This document shows, piece by piece, positions 40,202 to 47,994 of a stretch of 64,000 bases of DNA; the stretch's first letter is position 1; each line of letters begins with the position of its first letter. The translations under genes were made by a program, and so were the position numbers. The DNA lies in the NCBI RefSeq assembly GCF_053078305.1, contig NZ_CP166879.1; one strand, 5' to 3'. The notes beneath the pieces are model-generated. The model was not told where the DNA came from. It worked only from the letters and a program-made list of their open reading frames with translations, and ran no database searches.

Positions 40202-40848
40202 TGGTTGCCTCCTTTGCGAAGCTGGGCAGCAAAGTCAACTAACCACTCAGTCATTTCAACCTTCCCTATCAGGTCTGAACCAGGGTGCATACAGCAATCA
40301 CTCTGCGCCGCTTTGAAATCCTTATACTCATATTCTTGGGCCACCAGATTTTTTGCAGCTTCTATAGCAGCATCCACCCCCAGCGCCCGCACTTCAGACA
40401 GGAAAGCATCGGTGGCTGGCATATTTCCTGTTGCCTTCATGGCCTCCAAAATAACCAGAACGCCATCTCTCCCAACCTCCTCGCAGATAACCTCGGTGTT
40501 GTCGCCAACAACATCGCAGAATGCCTGAACTGCTTTACGAGCAAGTGCATTCTCCGCCGCCAGCGCCACAAGATTAGCTTCCAGCTCGGCAATACGTTTG
40601 CTTTGGGCTTCCCGTTCATCCAGCAGTGCCTGTACTACTTCAGGGTTGAAAGCTGCAATAAATTCTGCGTTGTTCTCTGCATTTTTCTGGTCATCAAAGC
40701 CAGGCCATTTGATAATGTCTCCGCAACGTTCATCCCCCGGCGTATGCACCGCATATGTATCAGTGCCCGGCGAAATGAATGCGACCCATTCGCCCTGGGT
40801 TGCCAGTTTTGCTATCTCACGTAGCGTCTGATAATTAATTTTTCTCAC
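40198..40848 (-). CDS. Ead/Ea22-like protein; GTG start at 40848
   Basis: (V)RKINYQTLREIAKLATQGEW...; AGGAGG RBS 6 nt before GTG; coiled-coil middle. Confidence 0.5.
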   Translation of the reverse strand: MRKINYQTLREIAKLATQGEWVAFISPGTDTYAVHTPGDERCGDIIKWPGFDDQKNAENNAEFIAAFNPEVVQALLDEREAQSKRIAELEANLVALAAENALARKAVQAFCDVVGDNTEVICEEVGRDGVLVILEAMKATGNMPATDAFLSEVRALGVDAAIEAAKNLVAQEYEYKDFKAAQSDCCMHPGSDLIGKVEMTEWLVDFAAQLRKGGNQ

Positions 40849-41140
40849 TGGTTGCCTCCTGGAAAATAACCGCATGTCCCAGTTTCTCCGCCAGTGCCAG
40901 TTCTGCCTTAGCGCCTGCCGACCGCTGCCAGCCTTTCAGCATATAAACCGCATCCACACAACGAATCATTGCCATGCAAATATCCATGTACTGCGGCTGA
41001 GTCAGCCCGTCCGGAAGTACTGCCGGGTTTAAAACGGTATGCCCTTCCCGTTTCAGTGCTTCTTCCGCCCTGTGAAATGCCTCGCGGTTGAAATTTTCAT
41101 ATCCCGTCATTGGACCGGCGATATAAATGCTCACCCTCAC
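40835..41140 (-). CDS. DUF4406-like (nucleoside 2-deoxyribosyltransferase-like fold) protein
   Basis: MRVSIYIAGPMTGYENFNREAFHRAEEALKREGHTVLNPA... Confidence 0.5.
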   Translation of the reverse strand: MRVSIYIAGPMTGYENFNREAFHRAEEALKREGHTVLNPAVLPDGLTQPQYMDICMAMIRCVDAVYMLKGWQRSAGAKAELALAEKLGHAVIFQEATSEKN

Positions 41141-41391
41141 GCCTGAACCCTCCTGTCGAAATAAACGTAGTTATTCACTATGCGCAGCGGCATGCCTAAT
41201 TTTCTGGCAATTTCCCTTCTTTGCATGCCTCTCTGATGCAGTTGCCGCGCCAGCTCAATATCACGCTGAGAATATTTTGCTGACTGGTGATAATCACCCC
41301 GTAACATCATGCTGATACCCAGTTCCCGCGCTTTCGTCCTGACGGCTGACTCACTACGGCCAATCAGATAACCGATGCTTTCGACTCTCAT
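41137..41391 (-). CDS. Hypothetical HTH protein (84 aa from internal ATG)
   Basis: ...MQRREIARKLGMPLRIVNNYV... HTH-like segment; start uncertain. Confidence 0.3.
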   Translation of the reverse strand: MRVESIGYLIGRSESAVRTKARELGISMMLRGDYHQSAKYSQRDIELARQLHQRGMQRREIARKLGMPLRIVNNYVYFDRRVQA

Positions 41392-41450
41392 CGTTCCCGC
41401 ACACTGCCGGAGTATCAGGATTTCAGCCCAGCTCCACTTCTTCCAGCCAC

Positions 41451-42212
41451 TCACCGCTGCTGCCCTCTGGTGGCCGTAATATCCCGGAGAATATCCCTGT
41501 GTTTGTTCAGTTCCCGCAGCGCAGCACAGACTCGCTCCCACTTCTGAACATCACTTTTCGCCCTGCGCAGCGCCAGGTTTGCCCTGCACAGGGACAGAAA
41601 AATCAGCTCATCTGCTTGCGTTTCGGTAAACGATGGCAACGACTGCACAATGTCCGCCACTGTTTCTGTTTTAATATCTTCCTGTGTTGCAGATTCCTGT
41701 ACTGGTAACGCAACACCTGCTGGCTGAGGAAAGGCCTTACCATCATTTTCCGTTACCGGCACGGCTTTCGGCTCTGCTGGTAAATTATCGCCCGGCATGC
41801 AGTAACGAAATTTACCGTTCTGATTTACGCGTGCCAGGCGTCCCGTTGCGGTTACCACCGCCAACGTGGAAGCAACCTTGCGAATGCTAACACCGAACTT
41901 ATCCGCCAGTTCCTCACACGTTTTAGCCCCCTCCTGACCGATAAACTCAATCATCATGTCTGCGGTAACTTTTTGTTCGACCTCCCCGGTCAGCACATCC
42001 GGTACTTCAGACTGTGCTGGCTGCTCTTCGGTTACCCCGGATTCACCTTCGCCAGCCAGAAACCAGATGTGACCCGCTTTATCAACAACGCCATTTCTTT
42101 TGAGTTCCCACAGTTCGTTGAGAACCTCTTCACGACTGATATCAAGCCGCTCAGCCAGTCCAACAGAGCTGGCTTTTCCCATTGCTTTCAGTGCGTCAAA
42201 AACGGTTTCCAT
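41451..42212 (-). CDS. Hypothetical protein with N-terminal winged-helix-like region
   Basis: [43 protein letters not shown]... Confidence 0.4.
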   Translation of the reverse strand: METVFDALKAMGKASSVGLAERLDISREEVLNELWELKRNGVVDKAGHIWFLAGEGESGVTEEQPAQSEVPDVLTGEVEQKVTADMMIEFIGQEGAKTCEELADKFGVSIRKVASTLAVVTATGRLARVNQNGKFRYCMPGDNLPAEPKAVPVTENDGKAFPQPAGVALPVQESATQEDIKTETVADIVQSLPSFTETQADELIFLSLCRANLALRRAKSDVQKWERVCAALRELNKHRDILRDITATRGQQR

Positions 42213-42245
42213 TAAAATTTCCTCCTACAAAATCGCTTCTCAGAT

Positions 42246-42788
42246 TCAAATAAAACCAGCTGCCTTCCGGCGTTCGTATTCCTGTTTCAGCCGTTCAATT
42301 GGCGTTGGCCCTTGCGGGTGTTTCGCCCCTTCCAGTTGTCGTCGCACTGGCGGAACACTCATCCCGTTACCAACATGCTTTGCCCATTTCGTCAGTTGCC
42401 GTTCCGCAAGTCGTTTTAACTCACCCTGCGTCATCTGGCGCTCAATCCCTCTGGTACGCATTTCGAGGCAGATGTGGTACAGCACAGGCTGTGGCCACGG
42501 GTATTTATCACTCCCGTCGTATCGCCAGGATTCATTGCGCCAGCGCCGGTACTCTTCCATCACGGCATCCACCGTAAGACCAAATGGATTTGCCCCACTC
42601 TCCGAAATCAGCGCAACAAACTCAGCCAGGTCCGGGGGCCACGTTTCACCCGCCCGACAGCGGTCCATGCACTGACGGCAGACCTGCCGGATTTGCTGTT
42701 CAGTCATCGCACCAATCTGGGCAATCCAGAGCTTCGAAGGTGCGGCCCCGTTCTTCTGAGTCCAGCGGTTCGAATACACCTCCCCCAT
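42246..42788 (-). CDS. Replication protein P-like (helicase loader); start uncertain
   Basis: Blocks resembling lambda P C-terminal half (...EFVALI..., ...YPWPQPVLYHICL...); follows O-like gene. Confidence 0.5.
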   Translation of the reverse strand: MGEVYSNRWTQKNGAAPSKLWIAQIGAMTEQQIRQVCRQCMDRCRAGETWPPDLAEFVALISESGANPFGLTVDAVMEEYRRWRNESWRYDGSDKYPWPQPVLYHICLEMRTRGIERQMTQGELKRLAERQLTKWAKHVGNGMSVPPVRRQLEGAKHPQGPTPIERLKQEYERRKAAGFI

Positions 42789-43710
42789 AAGCTCCCACAG
42801 CTTCCAGGCCGTTTCCGTTGCTGATAAATCCGTTGTCACGTTCCCACTGTTCGCGTGCTGCCCGGATTTCCTGAACTGCCCGTGATGCCGTGCCACCTGA
42901 TGCTGCATGGCTTACCCCCTTGCTGACTGGTTTTACCTGTGCCCTGACGTGCTGCACGTGGCGGGCAAATTTCTGCTCCCACTGAACCTGCGTGAAAACC
43001 TTCCCCTCCGCCATCCAGTAATCCCGGAATGCGACAAGCTCAGCAGGTGTAAATTCCGGCTCAGGCAGAGCCATACCCCACACTGCTGCCCGTTGTCGAA
43101 AATCCGGCGACGGCTGCCAGACAGTGGTCATCGAAAATTTCCCGATCGGTTCGCTCAGGCCGTCCAGGTATTCAGGTTCGGCTGTCTGCAACGGCGCACC
43201 ATGCAACTCACTGGTCGGAATACTCTCGCGTTCACGCACGTTATGTGTGGGGTTTAATTCTTTTAGATCTGTATCTTTATTAGTTGCTTTTGTGTTTGCG
43301 TCATGTTCAAACACAACACCAACATTTGTTTGAACACCTGTTAAATCTCTCTCTTGTTTTGTTTGAACATATACTTCCTTTCTGCTTCTTCTGGCCTGAA
43401 CAGATGCTTTTCCGGCGGCTGATTTTTTGGTCAATTTTTCCCTGACTGATGCCAGATCTTCCTCAATCCGAAGATGCACCCATTCATCGCCGTTATCGCA
43501 AAAAAACTCACGCAAGGATGGTTCCACATCAGCCCATCGCTCGTTAGTCAGACGGGAAATTTTTGCCAGCCTGTTTTTAGGTATTGGTTTCCCTGTTTGC
43601 CAGTAATTGAACATCAGCAACAAATACGCACCGTGCTCCTCTGCGGACAAATGCATGGTGTCAGCCAGGTAATCAGCTATGTACAGTTGCATGTATGGTA
43701 ATGCGGCCAT
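42700..43710 (-). CDS. Replication initiation protein, O-like (DUF1376 N-terminus, DnaT-like C-terminus)
   Basis: MAALPYMQLYIADYLADTMHLSAEEHGAYLLLMFNYWQTGKPIP...; position after cro/cII-like genes. Confidence 0.55.
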   Translation of the reverse strand: MAALPYMQLYIADYLADTMHLSAEEHGAYLLLMFNYWQTGKPIPKNRLAKISRLTNERWADVEPSLREFFCDNGDEWVHLRIEEDLASVREKLTKKSAAGKASVQARRSRKEVYVQTKQERDLTGVQTNVGVVFEHDANTKATNKDTDLKELNPTHNVRERESIPTSELHGAPLQTAEPEYLDGLSEPIGKFSMTTVWQPSPDFRQRAAVWGMALPEPEFTPAELVAFRDYWMAEGKVFTQVQWEQKFARHVQHVRAQVKPVSKGVSHAASGGTASRAVQEIRAAREQWERDNGFISNGNGLEAVGAYGGGVFEPLDSEERGRTFEALDCPDWCDD

Positions 43711-43796
43711 AATTGCCTCATCTTGTGACGAACCATCCTCTGGTGATATTCTGTGATTCCCCAATCAACAGAATCAGCAGGGGGCTGGCATAAATA

Positions 43797-44234
43797 TCAA
43801 TGCACCACAACAGACTCGCCGGATGACCCGCCGTCGCTGAAATACGCTTTCCGGTAAACGGCCTGGACAGCATCATCATGTGCATCAATTGCCGTGCTCA
43901 ACGCTTCCTGCGCCGCCAGTAATGCACGGCGCTCAACAGTGTCAAAAATACTGAGGTGATAACGCAGTTCACGCGGAAGAACAGTCAGGATAGCCGGAAT
44001 TAGTGCCTGAATTTTTTCAACAGCATCAGGCGTATCCTTTTCAAGCCAGCGAAAAATATTTTGTATATTCAATCCAATACCCTCTGTCGTAGAGGTGTCA
44101 TGCATTGGTGGATAAGTCATTTCAAGCTCAAAATATGCTGTCGCTATATCATCAGCGATTTTTTTGCGCCCTACCCTCGGATAAAGCAGCCACGCATTCA
44201 TCGCCATGCGGATGTGCTCATGCTTGATTTTCAT
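43797..44234 (-). CDS. YdaT-like (CII-like regulator / toxin YdaT family)
   Basis: MKIKHEHI...ALIPAILTVLPRELRYHLSIFDTVERRALLAAQEALSTAIDAHDDAVQAVYRKAYF... resembles Rac YdaT. Confidence 0.6.
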   Translation of the reverse strand: MKIKHEHIRMAMNAWLLYPRVGRKKIADDIATAYFELEMTYPPMHDTSTTEGIGLNIQNIFRWLEKDTPDAVEKIQALIPAILTVLPRELRYHLSIFDTVERRALLAAQEALSTAIDAHDDAVQAVYRKAYFSDGGSSGESVVVH

Positions 44235-44491
44235 GAATCAACTCCCGCCGCTGCTTGTGCGTTAGCCTGATACTCAACAGGTAAACCATCGGTTGGATTA
44301 GGGTATTTATCAGGGCGCAATTCATGCGGAGTTACTCCCCAGTCAAGCGCCTCACATGCTGGTATAACCTCCTCCGCTGGCACTCGTTTTTTAAACCACC
44401 CACTTATGGTTTGCGGTGTTTTACCAAGACGACGCCCTAATTCTGATTGGCTCATTATTGACAGGATTTTCACTTGAGTACTTTTTTGCAT
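44231..44491 (-). CDS. Cro-like HTH protein (YdaS/DicC-type)
   Basis: ...SQSELGRRLGKTPQTISGWFKK... HTH; divergent from repressor gene. Confidence 0.6.
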   Translation of the reverse strand: MQKSTQVKILSIMSQSELGRRLGKTPQTISGWFKKRVPAEEVIPACEALDWGVTPHELRPDKYPNPTDGLPVEYQANAQAAAGVDS

Positions 44492-44611
44492 GTTTCCCTC
44501 CGAACTTTACGATGACACCGATGATTACAAATTTAAATTTAAATTTCAACTTCTATTTGTAATGCCACTTATCAATTTTTTCTGTAGGATCGCGGAACTA
44601 GTTTACGAGGG
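44492..44611. promoter_or_regulatory. Immunity-region intergenic spacer with candidate operators / divergent promoters
   Basis: Inverted repeat ttacaaat ... atttgtaa flanking aatttaaatttaaattt, between divergent repressor and cro-like genes. Confidence 0.4.
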
Positions 44612-45010
44612 GTGGTGATGATCTTTGTAAAACGCCTTCAGCAGGTGTTGCAGGAATTGAATATAAACCAGTCAGAGCTGGGAAGACGTCTTGGTGTAAA
44701 ACCCCAATCCGTGCAAGGTTGGTTGAAAGGCGTGATGCCAAGAATGGATAAACTGGAAAAATTAGCAGAGCTCTCACAACATCCCGTCCATTGGTTCTTT
44801 ATGGAAGAAGAAACTCTCGGCGATAAAATGGCTGTATCCAGTAATGACAACCAACCGCAACTTACAGAACAACAACGAAAAATCATATCGCTTTTAGATG
44901 AGTTACCTCAAAGCGACGCAGAGCAGATCATTCGTGATATGGAGCAAAAACGCGATTTCTATAAACGGAAACTTGAAGAGTTACTGCGGCAGAAAAACAA
45001 AACTGCCTGA
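44612..45010 (+). CDS. Immunity repressor, DicA/RacR-like (HTH only, no peptidase domain)
   Basis: ...LNINQSELGRRLGVKPQSVQGWLKG... HTH; C-terminal ...LTEQQRKIISLLDELPQSDAEQII... resembles DicA. Confidence 0.65.
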   Translation: MVMIFVKRLQQVLQELNINQSELGRRLGVKPQSVQGWLKGVMPRMDKLEKLAELSQHPVHWFFMEEETLGDKMAVSSNDNQPQLTEQQRKIISLLDELPQSDAEQIIRDMEQKRDFYKRKLEELLRQKNKTA

Positions 45011-45056
45011 TGCATTCCTTTTCTGGAACGAGCATCAGGCAAATGACTAGCAGATT

Positions 45057-45416
45057 TTATAATCCAACCAGGCTTTCCAGGGGGATACCAAATTGATTAT
45101 GAAGACGGCGAATCATTGGTAACGTAAGGCTTCTGGTACCATTCAACACCTCATAAACCCGATTTTTTTTCCCAATTGCGGGTTCCAAATCTTTCACAGT
45201 CAGCCCCTGCTGTTCCATGCGAAATCTTATAGCTTCAATTGGGGATGGTGGCTCAATGGGATAATGTTTTTTTTCATATTCCTCTATTAGCAAACACATC
45301 ACCTCAAAAAAATCCCCCTCAGGCGTGTCAATTTCGGGCTCATTGTCGAACATGGGTTCAACAGCACGCAACGCGGCTTCATAATCTTGCTCTGTACGAA
45401 TAGGTTTGATGTTCAT
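45057..45416 (-). CDS. higA: HigA-like antitoxin (C-terminal HTH)
   Basis: ...GLTVKDLEPAIGKKNRVYEVLNGTRSLTLPMIRRLHNQFGIPLESL...; downstream of and adjacent to toxin. Confidence 0.65.
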   Translation of the reverse strand: MNIKPIRTEQDYEAALRAVEPMFDNEPEIDTPEGDFFEVMCLLIEEYEKKHYPIEPPSPIEAIRFRMEQQGLTVKDLEPAIGKKNRVYEVLNGTRSLTLPMIRRLHNQFGIPLESLVGL

Positions 45417-45418
45417 GC

Positions 45419-45721
45419 TTACTCCAGTTCGATGGTATCAGCATCAATAGCATCGTATTCCTTGTGGTTTCCGATGAATTTAACAAATACCCATCCTCGC
45501 TGATACGCAATTGCAACAATTAAACGGTAATGATTACCTTTTATGTTGAATACCACGCGCCGGTTTTTCAATATACTGGCCGTTCGGTATTGTGCCTTAA
45601 TGTCTGCTGGGCTTTTCCAGTCAGCTTTTGCCGCCTCATCCACCCATGCCCTTAGCGGTTGTTCTGCATCAGGATTCTCCGCCCAAAAATCCCTGAGTGT
45701 TTTAACTGAGATAATCTTCAT
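45419..45721 (-). CDS. higB: HigB-like toxin (RelE/ParE fold); start trimmed to ATG at 45721
   Basis: MKIISVKTLRDFWAENPDAEQ...NIKGNHYRLIVAIAYQRGWVFVKFIGNHKEYD... Confidence 0.65.
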   Translation of the reverse strand: MKIISVKTLRDFWAENPDAEQPLRAWVDEAAKADWKSPADIKAQYRTASILKNRRVVFNIKGNHYRLIVAIAYQRGWVFVKFIGNHKEYDAIDADTIELE

Positions 45722-45995
45722 AACTGTATAGTAGTCCCATTTTGGGACTGATGCAACAGCTCGCAATTACAAATTTAATAATAAACATGTTGACCAGTTA
45801 AATTTTAATTTGTAAATTGTATCCATAAACCCACCCCGCCCCACAGAACGCAGGGCAATACTTCGAGTTACCCGGCAGTGGTCAGGGGTTAAGTAGCCAG
45901 CCTGAGGCGTATGAACATGACGGCGGGGATTACGTTTAACTATGCAGCAGGTTTTTTGTTCCGCTACCCCGGCGTTAAGGGGAAATGAGGTCAAC

Positions 45996-46148
45996 ATGGA
46001 TACGCTCAATCTTGGCAACAACGAATCTCTGGTATGCGGTGTGTTCCCTAACCAGGACGGCACGTTTACCGCGATGACGTATACCAAAAGTAAAAAGTTT
46101 AAAACCGAAGCTGGCGCGCGTCGCTGGTTAGCCAGAAACACTAACTGA
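45996..46148 (+). CDS. ydfA: YdfA/YdaF-like small protein (DUF1391)
   Basis: MDTLNLGNNESLVCGVFPNQDGTFTAMTYTKSKKFKTEAGARRWL...; GAGG RBS. Confidence 0.6.
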   Translation: MDTLNLGNNESLVCGVFPNQDGTFTAMTYTKSKKFKTEAGARRWLARNTN

Positions 46149-46412
46149 TTAGCACCAGTAAAAACAGGTTGCCACTGGTTAATTTACCCTGAAAAGTCAG
46201 GGCACAACAGAAAGCACACGGCGAAGGCGTCTTTTCCTTAGAAGGCTTGTCGTTAGATTTCTTCGACCGTGTGCTTCCGGTTGTGGCAATCCGCGAAATG
46301 GCGCGGCGGTAAATATGGCTGGGGGTTTTTATTTCTTTTCCCCTCATTGAGGACACCGGGTTGTCAGGTTGACCATATGCCTGAGTGACAACCCCGCCAC
46401 AACATCTCCATG

Positions 46413-46475
46413 TTTCAATGGCAGTGGTACCTTTGGCGGCATCAGTTTATTAGCTTTCTGATGTCCGCCCTTTTT
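46413..46475 (+). ncRNA. dicF: DicF-like sRNA (ftsZ translation inhibitor homolog)
   Basis: tttggcggcatcagttta...ctgatgtccgccc + T-tract; downstream aaagtgaattttgtgatg..gtgaatgcggct.agcgcacgcggaac recalled as matching the Qin dicF region. Confidence 0.5.
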
Positions 46476-46933
46476 AAAGTGAATTTTGTGATGCGGTGAA
46501 TGCGGCTAAGCGCACGCGGAACAGTTAAAACCGTAAAGTGGTCTTTTACGGGGCGTAACGGGCATACTTCTGTATTCCGGCGTTAATTGTTAACTGGTTA
46601 ACGTCACCTGGAGGCACCAGGCACTGCATCGACAAAGTTCACTTCGGTGATGAAAGGTAAGAGAAAATGTTGAATGTAGCTATTGAAAACCAGAACGGGT
46701 GGAATTATAGTGCACCTGCACCTCATAAAGCGGGTGCCGGGATTGCTACCCCGATGTTCATCATGGCGCATAACCGCGCTCAGGCGTTTTTTTTATGCGT
46801 AATGCACAGCCACATTCAGATTATGGTGGGGCGTGCAGGGCAGCCGCAAGGCTGGCCGGGTTCCATGATGACCGGTTGTAGCAACCCTGTGCGTCTCACC
46901 ACCCATGAGATTGCTACCTCCGGTGGTGAGTTA

Positions 46934-47518
46934 ATGAAATTCATCATGGAGGCTGCCATCATGGCTACTATCCCTGCCCTTTCTCACCCTGAAATTACTA
47001 TCGCCAATGGGCGTGCTGTTACATCCTCTTTAGCTGTTGCCGAGTATTTCCGGAAACCACACAAAGATGTACTGGCAAAAATTTCACGTCTAGACTGTTC
47101 AGCAGAATTCACTGAGCGAAATTTTTCGCCCAGTGAATATACCGACTCAACCGGGCGCAAACTCCCTATGTACCAAATCACCAAAAACGGCTTCGTTTTC
47201 CTGGTGATGGGCTTCACCGGCAAAAAAGCCGCTGCATTTAAAGAAGCCTACATCGCTGAGTTCGATCGCATGGAGAAAGAACTGCGCCAGAATAACGCCC
47301 CGTCTCCCGACAAAATGATTCACGGGGACGGACGTACCCTGGTTATCCGTCTCGACGAACACGGCAATATCAAATTCACTGAAACCGTTCCTGATGGTGC
47401 AATGGTCTGCACCCTGGATACCTTCCAGTTTTATCTGGAGAAACAAGGCTGGACTCTTGTAAACCGGAGCGCAATTAAAAATATGACTGTGGAGCAATTA
47501 CTAAAAATTCATTGTTGA
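46934..47518 (+). CDS. rha: Rha-family phage regulatory protein (start uncertain: 46934 or 46961)
   Basis: ...ITIANGRAVTSSLAVAEYFRKPHKDVLAKISRL...PMYQITKNGFVFLVMGFTGKKAAAFKEAYI... Rha domain. Confidence 0.65.
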   Translation: MKFIMEAAIMATIPALSHPEITIANGRAVTSSLAVAEYFRKPHKDVLAKISRLDCSAEFTERNFSPSEYTDSTGRKLPMYQITKNGFVFLVMGFTGKKAAAFKEAYIAEFDRMEKELRQNNAPSPDKMIHGDGRTLVIRLDEHGNIKFTETVPDGAMVCTLDTFQFYLEKQGWTLVNRSAIKNMTVEQLLKIHC

Positions 47519-47528
47519 GGACGCGATA

Positions 47529-47717
47529 ATGGAAACGTTATTACCAAACGTTAATACGTCTGAAGGGTGTTTTGATATTGGTATTCTGCTCAGTAACCGG
47601 GAGTTTACTGAAGATGCCATTAAGATGAGAAAATATGAGCCTTATCTTCTCAATGATAATTCCATACTCTCCAGAATTGCCCTTCTTAAACTTGGTATTT
47701 TCGGAGGGCAGCAGTGA
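47529..47717 (+). CDS. dicB: DicB-like cell-division inhibitor
   Basis: METLLPNVNTSEGCFDIGILLSNREFTEDAIKMRK... matches DicB N-terminus. Confidence 0.7.
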   Translation: METLLPNVNTSEGCFDIGILLSNREFTEDAIKMRKYEPYLLNDNSILSRIALLKLGIFGGQQ

Positions 47718-47902
47718 CTTCTGCATTTGCACTGGTGATGACGGTTTTTCTTATAACGGGTGAGCCACAGAATGTGATTACCGGAATTTATGCCAGTAAA
47801 GAATCATGCCTCCGTGCAAGAGACGAGCAAAAAATTTCTGGCGAATGCCTCCCGTTAAAAAAAGTATCGCTGTACCTGAATAACGAAATACCGGCTGGAT
47901 AA
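47714..47902 (+). CDS. ydfD: YdfD-like small membrane (lysis) protein; GTG start
   Basis: (M)TSAFALVMTVFLITGEP...EQKISGECLPLKKV...NEIPAG resembles Qin YdfD. Confidence 0.6.
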   Translation: MTSAFALVMTVFLITGEPQNVITGIYASKESCLRARDEQKISGECLPLKKVSLYLNNEIPAG

Positions 47903-47994
47903 TCCACCAGCCATATTAACGCCATACCCGTTGATTAAGCATGCCAGCAATGGCAGGGGTTCGTACAACCTTAAAATAGTTATGAGGTTTATCC

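Noticed and set aside
45767-46141. 124-aa minus-strand ORF
   Set aside because: Antisense to the ydfA-like gene and to the region between higB and ydfA; no RBS.
43797-46200. Lambda-type N antiterminator and nutL/nutR sites
   Set aside because: No N-like ORF found; the ccctgaaaagtcaggg hairpin at ~46166 is boxB-like in shape but lacks an adjacent boxA, and the region is organised like Qin dic instead.
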